From contig OZ242358.1 of the NCBI GenBank assembly GCA_965208835.1, positions 192,001 through 256,000 on the forward strand: a stretch of DNA of 64,000 nucleotides. Direction: 5' to 3'. A program made the translations under genes and the position numbers. The DNA comes from Candidatus Latescibacterota bacterium (lineage in GTDB: Bacteria > Latescibacterota > UBA2968 > GCA-2709665). This document shows, in pieces, positions 40,221 through 49,818 of the stretch. Within the stretch, counting starts at the first letter, position 1. Each line of letters begins with the position of its first letter. Below the pieces are notes generated by a model. The model was not told where the DNA came from, searched no databases, and was given only the letters and a program-made list of their open reading frames with translations.

Positions 40221-43200
40221 ATGGTATCATTTCTTGAATCGACCCGTGTGGGATTGTGGCGATTGGCTTTGTTCGCGACCGTGATCATTACGGCGTCTTT
40301 CCCTCTTGAGAATCTCGATGCTCAGGTTCGTCAGACCGCGGTATCGGCCTCCAGCGGCGGGCAGACCGCGTGGGCGATCGGGATGGAAACCGGTTCCTCC
40401 GCCATCACCGAAATCTGGGTCGAAACCCCGGGAAGCCAGCCTCGCCATCTCGGCACCTTTCCCGGCCCGCCCGGGCGCCTCGAGTGGGTTGCTGGCGGGA
40501 AACGGCTTCGCTATCGGGATAGACCCTTACGGGTCCCCCTGCATACGCTTACCATGCTTCCGGAGCGGTCCGTACCGCTGGTACCACCCGGTGTATGGGA
40601 GATCTCCATCCGGGACGGGTCGATTGCACGATCGAAAGGTGCTGTCGGTGCGGAACATGGAACGCCGCCGGTTGTGGCGGCCGGAAGCCCGCCGCGACCG
40701 GGACCCGCTGCAAAGGCGGTGCTGTGGGGCGTCGCGGCGGTATTCAACGCCTCGGCCCTGGCCTATACGACCGTGCATCGTTGGGAATTCCGATCGGCGG
40801 TGAAGCGTTTTCGGAATGCCTCCCGGGCATGGGCGGCCCTGTATCTCAGATTCAAAAAGCATGGGCTCTACGAAGAGCCGGTCCTGTCCTACGCGGAGGC
40901 GCTGGCCGCAACCGCCAGGAAGGCCGGTGGAAAGCGAGGCGCCCGCTGGGTCTGCCAGGACCATCTGACCGTCATTGGAGACGCCCTTTTCGCCTATGAA
41001 CATGCACACGAAAACCAGCGGCCGTCGGATCTGGCGGCGCTCAAGGACTGGATAGAAACCAAAACGCTGACGCCAGCGGACTCTATCGTCATGAAGACGC
41101 TGTTTCGCTCGGCGATGGACCCCGATAAGAAGCGCCGGTTCAGCTACACACACGGATACCGTCCTGAAGCGGAGGACGGCGAAGCCGTTGTCACCAGCTT
41201 CTTCCACAACGGCTACCTGGTTGAGGCCGTCCGCAGCGGCGCGGGATATCGTACCGTCGACCGGCGCGTGGGCAGGGCGCAGGTCGATTCCCTCCTCAAC
41301 CTCGGTACGGACCTCACCCCGATCGATCCGCCCAGGGCGATTTCCACCCTGGAAATCCTCGCCGGCGTAGCTCAGGACTACGCCCTCGGGCACAGCAGGC
41401 TCGGGTTTGCCTATCTGGAGGCCGAGAAGCTGGAACGCGCCATTAAGTCCTTCGAGCGCGCGATCGAGTGCGAACACACGCTGGCCGAGGCCTACTACGG
41501 GCTGGGGCTCACCTTCCGCAAGTGGCCGAGGGGAAATTACGACGCCATACGCTATTTCCAGAAAGCCCTTCAGTACGACCGGGGCCACGTGGAATCCCGG
41601 TTCAATATTGCCGATATCCGATATAAACTGGACGAACACGACGTACGGCGGGAAGTCAACAAAGTACTGGCAATTGACCCCCGCTACGCCCCCGCCTATT
41701 TGCTGATGGGTAAGTGGGTGGAGGAATTCGAGAAAGACTACGAGAGAGCCGCGTTCTACTACGCGAAATATATGGGTTTGCGGCCCGGCGACCCGGAGGG
41801 GCGGAAGCGGCTGGGATCGATCTATCTGAGAACGAAGGACTACGGCCGTATCCTTGAAGTCCTGGAGGATTACGCCTTACAGAATCCGGACGACAACCAG
41901 GTCTTGCCCATCCTCGCCCAGGCCTGCATGAAACTGGGGGCCTACGACAGGGCCGCCGCCTTTTTCAGAGACTATCTTGAAAGGGCCGACTCGGCCGAGA
42001 AGGGGCACTACAACGATATCCGGCTGGTTGCGCCTAAGGAGACGCTGGCGGCCTTCGAACAGACGCCGCTGGAAGAACGATGGGACTTTGTGAGGAAGTT
42101 CTGGGCAGACCAGGACCCTGACCTGACCACGGCGGCGAACGAGCGCCTCCTGGAGCACTATCGGCGGGTGTCGTTCGCCATGCAGAATTTCTCCGATGGC
42201 AGGCAGCCGTGGGACCAGCGCGGCGAAGTCTACATCCGTTTCGGCGAACCCGACCACCGCTCCACCTACAAAGAGTTGAACTTCCAGCAGTCCATGGCGG
42301 TTCAGCGGGTCAAGGAACGTCTTTCCAGGACGCTCTACGGGGCCGCGCGCCCTCCGCGCCGCGGAATCGGCCTTCGCGGCGCCAGCTCAACATTCGTCGG
42401 TCCGGTCTACCCCGTGCGCAGCCTGGGCGGCAGGGGTCGAGGGGGGTCCTACAGACCGGTCACCGCGACGTTCGACGGTTCGATGGTCCCGTGGGAAACA
42501 TGGACGTACGTCGACGTGGGCAGCGGAATCGAGATTACCTTTACAGACGAGTTCAGCAACGGAAACTACAACTATGCGCCCGAACCGCTGGATGCCCGGA
42601 TTCCTGCCCGCCGGCTGGCCATGTTCACACGCTACAGCCCCCGCAACATCTACCGCATGGCCGCAGCGGCACAGCCGAACTACTTCGTACGGCCGAAAAA
42701 CACGCTGCCGATGGAGTTCTATTTCAACTCGGCCGATTTCAGGGGTGAAACGGATTTCCGGACGGCGCTGGAAGTCTACGTGGGGATACCGCGGCACCAG
42801 GGGCACTATATGATCGATGACGACCGGACGGAAATAATGGTGGACCGGACCGTGGCGCTGCGGAATCCGACAACCGGCGCTGTCTACAGGAGCGAGGACA
42901 AGGTGAATTTCGCGGCGAAAGGGGACGTGACCGCGGAACGGAGCGCGTTCGTTCCGGACCTCGCGCGCATGGACGTGCCCCCCGGGCGCTACCGGATGGA
43001 AGTGAAAATAAAGGACAACCTGTCCGTACAGCACGGGCGGTATCGTCAGGACATTGAAATCGAGTCCTATGAACGGGACAGCCTCCAGGTGAGCGACCTG
43101 GAACTGGCCTGGCGGATTTCCAGCCGCAAGGACGAGGACAAATTCAACAAGGGCGCGCTGTGGGTCATTCCGATGCCAACGCGGACCTACCGGGTGGGCC

Positions 43201-43526
43201 AGAATGTATTCGTCTACTACGAAATATACAACCTGATACAGGATGAATTCGGGCAGACGAACTACCAGGTATCCTACACGGTCACGAAGAAGGGCGGCTT
43301 CAGCCCCCTGGGTATCATCACCAGCCTCATAAGGTGGAAAAGGGGCAAACGTGAAGAACTTGAAGTGACGTACGAGATGGAGGGTGAGGATACCGAGGAA
43401 GTCGAATACGTGGAACTCAAGCTGGAAAACCGCCCCGCGGGCGAGTACTTCCTGAACGTGACCGTCATCGATATGAAAAGCGGTGAAATGGCCCAGAAAA
43501 AGGCCAGCTTTATCCTCGCGAAGTAG
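40221..43526 (+). CDS. Large TPR + GWxTD-domain protein with extra N-terminal domains (paralog 4)
   Basis: 1101 aa; signal peptide, extra ~330-aa N-terminal region, TPRs, FWADQDP..NERLLEHYRRV, PWDQRGEVYIRFGEPD, VYYEIYNL domain. Confidence 0.85.
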   Translation: MVSFLESTRVGLWRLALFATVIITASFPLENLDAQVRQTAVSASSGGQTAWAIGMETGSSAITEIWVETPGSQPRHLGTFPGPPGRLEWVAGGKRLRYRDRPLRVPLHTLTMLPERSVPLVPPGVWEISIRDGSIARSKGAVGAEHGTPPVVAAGSPPRPGPAAKAVLWGVAAVFNASALAYTTVHRWEFRSAVKRFRNASRAWAALYLRFKKHGLYEEPVLSYAEALAATARKAGGKRGARWVCQDHLTVIGDALFAYEHAHENQRPSDLAALKDWIETKTLTPADSIVMKTLFRSAMDPDKKRRFSYTHGYRPEAEDGEAVVTSFFHNGYLVEAVRSGAGYRTVDRRVGRAQVDSLLNLGTDLTPIDPPRAISTLEILAGVAQDYALGHSRLGFAYLEAEKLERAIKSFERAIECEHTLAEAYYGLGLTFRKWPRGNYDAIRYFQKALQYDRGHVESRFNIADIRYKLDEHDVRREVNKVLAIDPRYAPAYLLMGKWVEEFEKDYERAAFYYAKYMGLRPGDPEGRKRLGSIYLRTKDYGRILEVLEDYALQNPDDNQVLPILAQACMKLGAYDRAAAFFRDYLERADSAEKGHYNDIRLVAPKETLAAFEQTPLEERWDFVRKFWADQDPDLTTAANERLLEHYRRVSFAMQNFSDGRQPWDQRGEVYIRFGEPDHRSTYKELNFQQSMAVQRVKERLSRTLYGAARPPRRGIGLRGASSTFVGPVYPVRSLGGRGRGGSYRPVTATFDGSMVPWETWTYVDVGSGIEITFTDEFSNGNYNYAPEPLDARIPARRLAMFTRYSPRNIYRMAAAAQPNYFVRPKNTLPMEFYFNSADFRGETDFRTALEVYVGIPRHQGHYMIDDDRTEIMVDRTVALRNPTTGAVYRSEDKVNFAAKGDVTAERSAFVPDLARMDVPPGRYRMEVKIKDNLSVQHGRYRQDIEIESYERDSLQVSDLELAWRISSRKDEDKFNKGALWVIPMPTRTYRVGQNVFVYYEIYNLIQDEFGQTNYQVSYTVTKKGGFSPLGIITSLIRWKRGKREELEVTYEMEGEDTEEVEYVELKLENRPAGEYFLNVTVIDMKSGEMAQKKASFILAK

Positions 43527-43546
43527 AATTTTCCCCACCCGTCCAG

Positions 43547-43710
43547 AGAAGCCGTCTTAAAATTCCCAGCGGTCTTCGCGCGGCTGTAAAAGCGCCGGTC
43601 GGCGTTGGTCAAATCCACCGGTATAAACAAATATCGGCGGATTTTTCCGCCTTGACCGCCGCTTTTTCGCTCGCGCTCGGGAACTCACCGGTAATTTTAA
43701 AACAGCTTCT
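43547..43710. mobile_element. MITE-like element, 164 bp
   Basis: Terminal inverted repeats AGAAGCCGTCTTAAAATT / AATTTTAAAACAGCTTCT (16 of 18 match), internally palindromic, non-coding; no clear target duplication. Confidence 0.6.
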
Positions 43711-43830
43711 GAGCCCGGCTGCCCGCCAGGAGACGGATGATCCCGCAACAACAGCCCGATCCGGTTTGTGTCTGTGGGGAAATACCCGCAACCACCCGAC
43801 CATCCTATACCCTTTACCCGACGAGGAGAC

Positions 43831-45795
43831 GTGGAGGAGAAAATCTACGCTTTCGGCATGGACGGCTTTATCGTCCCGATGATGAAGCGATTCGCCGCGG
43901 AAGGCGCGTTGCCCCACTTCGAACGCATGCTGCGTGAGGGCGCCGTCAATCAGACCCTTCCCTCTTTCCCGGTGTGGACCCCGACCAACTGGGCCACACT
44001 CTCGACGGGGGCGCACACGGGCACGCACGGAGTCACGCGCTGGCGGGTGGAAGTTGCGCCGGGACAGCGGATCGACAGTTTCGACGGCCGGGCCAACAAC
44101 GCCGAGCGAATTTGGAATGCGCTGGAACGGGCGGGCATGAAGAGTGTGGCCGTACACTATCCCGCCGCCCATCCGTCCGGGGTGAAGTCGGGCTATGTTG
44201 TAGACGGTTTCGGCCACCCTGGCCATCGCAGCACGGAGTTTGAAGTGGCCTCCTGCCAGGCCTATACCACGGACGCTGCGTTGGCGGAAACCATCGGGAT
44301 GGACCACGATGGCACGGCGGTGCGGCATGTCCAACGGAGCGTCGAGCCAATTCCGTCGCTAACACGGGCGAAGGAATGGCGCAACATGCCCGGGAGTGCG
44401 GCGCCGCCGCTGGAGAGCAGCATTGACGTGGCGGCCAGGCCGGGCGGGGATGTCACAACGTTCAACCTGCTCGCGGTGGACAGCGAGGGACGGGGCTACG
44501 ACCGGGTGCTGGTGTGCCGGGACCGGAACGGGTCCTGTTGCATCGCAGAGGCCGGCGTGGGAGAATGGAGCGAATGGGCGGTGGAGGACTTTGCCGTCGA
44601 CGGGAGCAAACGCCCGGCGTCGCTGCGCTTCAAGCTGATGGAACTGGCCGCTGACGGCAGCCGGCTCAAGCTCTATCGCACCCAGGTGACTTTTACCGAC
44701 GGCTTCACGTTCCCCGATGCGTTGGCCGGCGAACTTCTGGAGCGCTTCGGCCCGTATCAGGAACACGCCTCCATGTTGCCCTATACCTCGGGCATGGCCG
44801 ATTTCGAAACGGCCCTCGAGGAATGCGAGTACCAGGGGATGTGGTTTGCCGAGGTCGCGCGCTACATGCTTCGGGAGCGGGGCTGTTCGTTTTTTATCTG
44901 CCACTGGCATCTGTACGATTACCTCAACCACATCCACCTGGGAGACGTCGACCCCGTGTGCCCCGGGTACGTAGCAGAGCGTGCCGAAAAGTACGTACAC
45001 TACTTCCGACGGGCCTATCAGGTGGGCGACCGTATCCTGGGACGTTTGTGGGAGGACGCGAACGCGCATACGTACGTGGGCGTGGTGTCCGACCATGGGT
45101 GCTCACCCGACGTCCGGGTGGCCAATATCCGGCTGTTCTTGCACGAGCAGGGCTTTCTGGCGCTCAAGCGTGGCGCGGAAGAGGACCTGGCGCGAGATCA
45201 GGTGCGCGAGGAGGATATCGACTGGGAGCGCACCCGGGCCTATCTCAAGGATGACAAGGGATTCGATATTTTCATCAACGTCGTGCCGGGGCCTGAGTTC
45301 GACCGGATCGAGGCCGAGTTGCTGCTGGCGTTGCGCACGTGGGTCGACGAGGAAGCGGGACGCAATCCGGTGGCTATCGCCCTGCCGCGACGGGACGCGT
45401 ACATCCTCGGGCAATGGGGAGACCAGTGCGGCGACGTGGTCTTCGCCTGGGACCACGGGTACGTGAGCGGGTACTACGGCCAGTGGCATGGCATTGCGGG
45501 CGGGGGCTGCCTAGGCGCGCCAAATGTGTTCGGGGCGCATCACGGGGGTTTTCTGCCGACCATGAGTGAAGTCTCGTCCAGCTTCGGTTCGTGGTTGATG
45601 GCAGGGCCGGGGGTGAAGCGCGGATACGAACGGCCGGTGGACAAGCTGGGGTATATCCACGCTGCCGACGTTGTGCCGACGTTGTGCCGGATTCTGGGTG
45701 CCGAGCCGCCGCGCCAGGCGCAGGGTGCGGTGGCGGGGGACTTGTTCGAAGGGCATGAAATGGTGCGCGAGCGAATGTCTAACCTTGATTCGTAA
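43831..45795 (+). CDS. Alkaline phosphatase superfamily protein (type I phosphodiesterase / nucleotide pyrophosphatase-like)
   Basis: GTG 43831 after AGGAG; FGMDG, WTPTNWATLSTG (Thr nucleophile region), DYLNH, VVSDHG, GAHHG, DVVPT. Confidence 0.87.
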   Translation: MEEKIYAFGMDGFIVPMMKRFAAEGALPHFERMLREGAVNQTLPSFPVWTPTNWATLSTGAHTGTHGVTRWRVEVAPGQRIDSFDGRANNAERIWNALERAGMKSVAVHYPAAHPSGVKSGYVVDGFGHPGHRSTEFEVASCQAYTTDAALAETIGMDHDGTAVRHVQRSVEPIPSLTRAKEWRNMPGSAAPPLESSIDVAARPGGDVTTFNLLAVDSEGRGYDRVLVCRDRNGSCCIAEAGVGEWSEWAVEDFAVDGSKRPASLRFKLMELAADGSRLKLYRTQVTFTDGFTFPDALAGELLERFGPYQEHASMLPYTSGMADFETALEECEYQGMWFAEVARYMLRERGCSFFICHWHLYDYLNHIHLGDVDPVCPGYVAERAEKYVHYFRRAYQVGDRILGRLWEDANAHTYVGVVSDHGCSPDVRVANIRLFLHEQGFLALKRGAEEDLARDQVREEDIDWERTRAYLKDDKGFDIFINVVPGPEFDRIEAELLLALRTWVDEEAGRNPVAIALPRRDAYILGQWGDQCGDVVFAWDHGYVSGYYGQWHGIAGGGCLGAPNVFGAHHGGFLPTMSEVSSSFGSWLMAGPGVKRGYERPVDKLGYIHAADVVPTLCRILGAEPPRQAQGAVAGDLFEGHEMVRERMSNLDS

Positions 45796-45973
45796 GTCTT
45801 CGGGGACGTTAATTCGAATATGTGCTTGTAAATAAAGGCGATTAAACGGCGGATTACCAGGATACACCAGGTCACTGGACGTGACGGAAAAAAACGTCCT
45901 TCTATACGTCGATATTGCCCCGTTTCGGATGGTTTTATCGCGTCGCCGCGTTGCAGTTTTTTTCGGATTGAGG
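45783..45973. mobile_element. MITE (191 bp) with CTAA target-site duplication
   Basis: CTAA|CCTTGATTCG ... CGGATTGAGG|CTAA; first 101 bp colinear with 63000-63100. Confidence 0.75.
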
Positions 45974-46028
45974 CTAACCCGGGCGCTTCTTCGTGAATCG
46001 AGTCGAAATCGATATGGGAGATGTTGTG

Positions 46029-49000
46029 ATGCATTGGGTAAAGAACCTGCTCATAATCGCATCGTGCATTGTAACGATACAGTGTCCGGTTGAGTCCGCG
46101 CACGGGGCATCCTGTGCGGTGAGATCGGCGGATGGCGGGCATCTGGCCCATGTCGTCAGACGTGGCGAAGGAGCGGTATCGCTGTCCGAGATATGGCTCG
46201 TCTCCTCGAGAGACGATGGCTCCAGAATGCTGAGCGCCTTTCCCGGCGGTCCCGGAACCCTGCAATTTGCACCTGGCGGGGACGAACTGATCTACCTGGA
46301 GCGAAGCCTGCGACGGGAAGCGTGGGGGTCGTACTTTTACGGCGGCCGCACACTGCCGATTACACGCAACCGAATCTGGCGGTTGAGCCTGGACGGCGCC
46401 GGAGAGGAGCCGTGGCCGATGCCCGGAGACATGCATCCCCTCGAGTTCGCGCTTTCCCCGGGTGGACGGTTGTTAGCGATTGTCGGGTATCGTGGAAGTG
46501 AATTGGCCGGGGTGGACCGCGGTCTCTGGATCGCGAATGACCGGGGCGATATCAGGCTTCTGTTTGCTGGCGACGTAGCGGGGCCCGTCGAGTGGTCAGC
46601 CGACGGAGAGTCCGTTTGGTGCCGAATCGAAGACGGAGCAGAGTCGATCCGCGTTTACGTTGACACGGGAGAGGCTGTCCGGAAGGATATCAAAAAAGAT
46701 ATATCCATGATCGAGCAACGAGTTCGCAAGACATTCCCGCATACCCGAACTTCCCAGGCCATGCGCGGAGCCGACGGTGCAGATGCGGCCCTGGGCCTGA
46801 TCGGAACCGGCCTGGACCTGTACATCCGCGGAAGGAATGCGCTGCACCGGGGAAAGGTAGCCAGAGCGGAGAAGATGTTCGACCAGGCCAGGCGTGCATT
46901 CAGGAGACTCTACGATGGCGCCGCGAAGTACGGACTGTCCAGGAAGAGTTGCGAGAGATACATCGAAATATGCGAAGACTGGATCGATGCAGACACCAGG
47001 GAGGCCGACAGAAGCAACTGCCGTGAGCGTCTGACGGGGATGCTGCGGTTGATCGAGGGATTCAAGCACGCGCGGAACGGCGCCGCACCCGCGGATCTTG
47101 GAGAACTACATCGGTGGGCAACAGCCAGGGTTGTTGCAGAAACGCCCTCCGGGAACACACGGGATGACTACAAAACCATCCTCGGCGTGCTGTTCTCCTG
47201 CCCGGTAAACCGGGACTACTCATTTCTCAGCGACTATCTCCATAGACGTGACGGGTTGCCTGGCGCGCCAGCCCTGGCATGTTTTTGGCACCGCGGCGAA
47301 CGGATCGACGGCGTCGCCGGTCTCGACGGCGGTCACACGAAAATCTCAAAACCCCGCGCGGCACAGGTCGACAGCCTGGCCGCCAGCGGGCGTCGCGCGA
47401 TGGACCGGGATGATCTGGATCGGGCTCGACTGATCTTTCGCAACGTAGCCCGTCAACGCCCCAGGGACCCCGATGCATACGTCAATCTGGGTCACATACT
47501 TCTGAAATTGAGACGATTCGAGGAATCGAAGGACGCCTTTCATCGGGCGCTGACCCTGGGGAGCAAGGCTCTGGCCCACCACGGCCTTGGGATGCTTTAC
47601 GCGACGTGGCCGATGCAGCGGCACTTCGCGATCCACCATTTCACCGAAGCGTTGGTCAGGGACCGGGATTTTGTGGATGCGCGGTATCAGATGGCCAGAG
47701 TGCGTTATGCGATGAAGCAGCGCGACGCCGAACTGGAAGCAAAAAGAGTCCTGAAAATGGACCCGGGCCACGCGGGCGCCTATCTGATGATTGCAGACTA
47801 TTATCTGAACCTGTCCTGGGAATTCGAGAAGGCCGTCGTATGGTATACGAAGTACCTCGCGATTCGTCCGGAAGACGTGGACGCGCAGCGCCGGCTGGGC
47901 GTTGCGTACCTGAAAGTCAGAGATTATTCCAGGATTATGGACCATCTGCTGGACTTCGTCAAAAGGCACCCCGAAGCCATCGAGTTGATGCCCATTATCG
48001 CCATTTCCGCCATCGAGCAGGACAAAGCGGATATGGCGATGGCGTTCTTCGAAGACTACATCTCCACACTTGACCCGGAAGTGAAGGGATTGTACGAAGA
48101 TATCTCGCTTGTCGCCTCCGGTGAGGATCTCCGGGCATCTGATGAGACCCCGGGCCTGGATCGCGAGACGTATCTCAGACGATTCTGGAACGGGAAGGAC
48201 CCGGACCTGTCCACACCGGTGAATGAACGCCTGCTGGAACACTACCGAAGGGTCTGGCACGCACTGACCGAGTTTTCGGAAAGCAAGCAACCGTGGGACG
48301 CGAGAGGCGACGTCTATATCCGATTCGGGGAACCCGATCACCGGTCCCGGTCAGACGACCCCAACTTCAAACAGAGCCTGAAAGTGCAGCGGGTCAAGGA
48401 GCGGCTCGCTTACAACATCTACAAGGGCGACGTTCGCGCGCACACGTTTGTCGGACCCGTCTATCCCGTACGCAGCCTCAAGCAGCTCGAAGGCGCCTGG
48501 TACGAATTGAGAGAGTTTAAGATAGAGAGCTCGGCCCCATCGGCGTGTGAAATTGCCGGTTCGGCGGACCATGGTACGGAGGCGGGCGATACGGAACTGG
48601 ATCAGGACAGAGAAAGGGACCATTTCTTCGTGGATGATGATTCCGCGAAGATAGGCATTTTGCCACTGGACGAAAGCCTGGGATTCGGCGACTATCACCC
48701 CGTTACCACCGACGAAGACCGGAGCACCGTACCCTGGGAAACGTGGATCTATGCCGATGCGGGTGGCGGAATCGAAATCACCTTTACCGACGAGATTGGT
48801 TCCGGGATCTACGACTACGCTCCGGTACCGCCAAACCAGGGGGATATATCGATCAGCCAGACCGCGTCCTTGAGCAGGCACGCGCCCCATTCCGTCTACC
48901 GGCGAGCAGCGCGTGTCACGCCCGATTTCTATACGCCACGACATGAAACGCCGCCGCTCGATTTCCACTATTCCCTTGCCGACTTCAGGGGCGATGACGG

Positions 49001-49766
49001 CCGCAGTCTCCTCGAAATCTACTACGGCGTCCCCATTCTTCCGGCGCATTACGTACCGGAAGAGGATTTCACACGGCAGGTGCTGACGCACCACGCGGCG
49101 CTCATTTCGTCGTCTCAAGATACGGTTTACCGTCGAACCGATGAGATGACCTACGAAGCCGCAGGAAACCAGGCGGGAGAAGGCCTGATGGTACCTGACG
49201 TGCTGAAACTTGACCTGCCGCCGGGCGCCTACCGACTGGAGGTAAAGTCGCAGGACCGCCTGAGAGGAAGAATGGGCATCTATCAGCAGCAGGTCGAAGT
49301 GGATCTTTATGGAGAAGAACGGTTGCAGATCAGTGATCTGGAACTGGCCTGGCAGGTCGGCGTGGAAACGGTGGGCAGTAAGTTTACCAAGGGAGACCTG
49401 AAGGTCGTTCCGATGCCTTCGCGCGCGTACAGGAAGGGCCAGAGCGTGTTCGTCTACTACGAAATCTACAACCTGGACAAGGATGCGTTCGGTCAGACGA
49501 ACTTCAACGTTTCCTATGCCATCACGTCCAGAGACGCTCCCGGGCGGGCGGGAAACATCTCGCGCCTGTTCCGATGGGGATCCGGAAGGCGCGAGGAGCT
49601 TGCCGTTACGTACGAACAACTGGGCGCTTCAGCACAGGTCGAGGAATACGTGGAACTCGCGCTGGACGAACAGGCTCCGGGACGATATTCATTGAAGGTA
49701 TCGATCATCGACAGAAACAGCGGCGAGAGCGTGGGAAAAGACGTGGCTTTTGTGATCTCACCTTAG
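46029..49766 (+). CDS. Large TPR + GWxTD-domain protein with TolB-like N-terminus (paralog 5)
   Basis: About 1245 aa; SPGG/WSADG propeller-type motifs, TPRs, FWNGKDP..NERLLEHYRRV, PWDARGDVYIRFGEPD, VYYEIYNL; start chosen after GGGAG (track start 45993). Confidence 0.85.
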   Translation: MHWVKNLLIIASCIVTIQCPVESAHGASCAVRSADGGHLAHVVRRGEGAVSLSEIWLVSSRDDGSRMLSAFPGGPGTLQFAPGGDELIYLERSLRREAWGSYFYGGRTLPITRNRIWRLSLDGAGEEPWPMPGDMHPLEFALSPGGRLLAIVGYRGSELAGVDRGLWIANDRGDIRLLFAGDVAGPVEWSADGESVWCRIEDGAESIRVYVDTGEAVRKDIKKDISMIEQRVRKTFPHTRTSQAMRGADGADAALGLIGTGLDLYIRGRNALHRGKVARAEKMFDQARRAFRRLYDGAAKYGLSRKSCERYIEICEDWIDADTREADRSNCRERLTGMLRLIEGFKHARNGAAPADLGELHRWATARVVAETPSGNTRDDYKTILGVLFSCPVNRDYSFLSDYLHRRDGLPGAPALACFWHRGERIDGVAGLDGGHTKISKPRAAQVDSLAASGRRAMDRDDLDRARLIFRNVARQRPRDPDAYVNLGHILLKLRRFEESKDAFHRALTLGSKALAHHGLGMLYATWPMQRHFAIHHFTEALVRDRDFVDARYQMARVRYAMKQRDAELEAKRVLKMDPGHAGAYLMIADYYLNLSWEFEKAVVWYTKYLAIRPEDVDAQRRLGVAYLKVRDYSRIMDHLLDFVKRHPEAIELMPIIAISAIEQDKADMAMAFFEDYISTLDPEVKGLYEDISLVASGEDLRASDETPGLDRETYLRRFWNGKDPDLSTPVNERLLEHYRRVWHALTEFSESKQPWDARGDVYIRFGEPDHRSRSDDPNFKQSLKVQRVKERLAYNIYKGDVRAHTFVGPVYPVRSLKQLEGAWYELREFKIESSAPSACEIAGSADHGTEAGDTELDQDRERDHFFVDDDSAKIGILPLDESLGFGDYHPVTTDEDRSTVPWETWIYADAGGGIEITFTDEIGSGIYDYAPVPPNQGDISISQTASLSRHAPHSVYRRAARVTPDFYTPRHETPPLDFHYSLADFRGDDGRSLLEIYYGVPILPAHYVPEEDFTRQVLTHHAALISSSQDTVYRRTDEMTYEAAGNQAGEGLMVPDVLKLDLPPGAYRLEVKSQDRLRGRMGIYQQQVEVDLYGEERLQISDLELAWQVGVETVGSKFTKGDLKVVPMPSRAYRKGQSVFVYYEIYNLDKDAFGQTNFNVSYAITSRDAPGRAGNISRLFRWGSGRREELAVTYEQLGASAQVEEYVELALDEQAPGRYSLKVSIIDRNSGESVGKDVAFVISP

Positions 49767-49818
49767 TAATGTCTGCGGTCCCGGGACGAGAAGTTACGAC
49801 AAACAGGAAGGGCATCTG

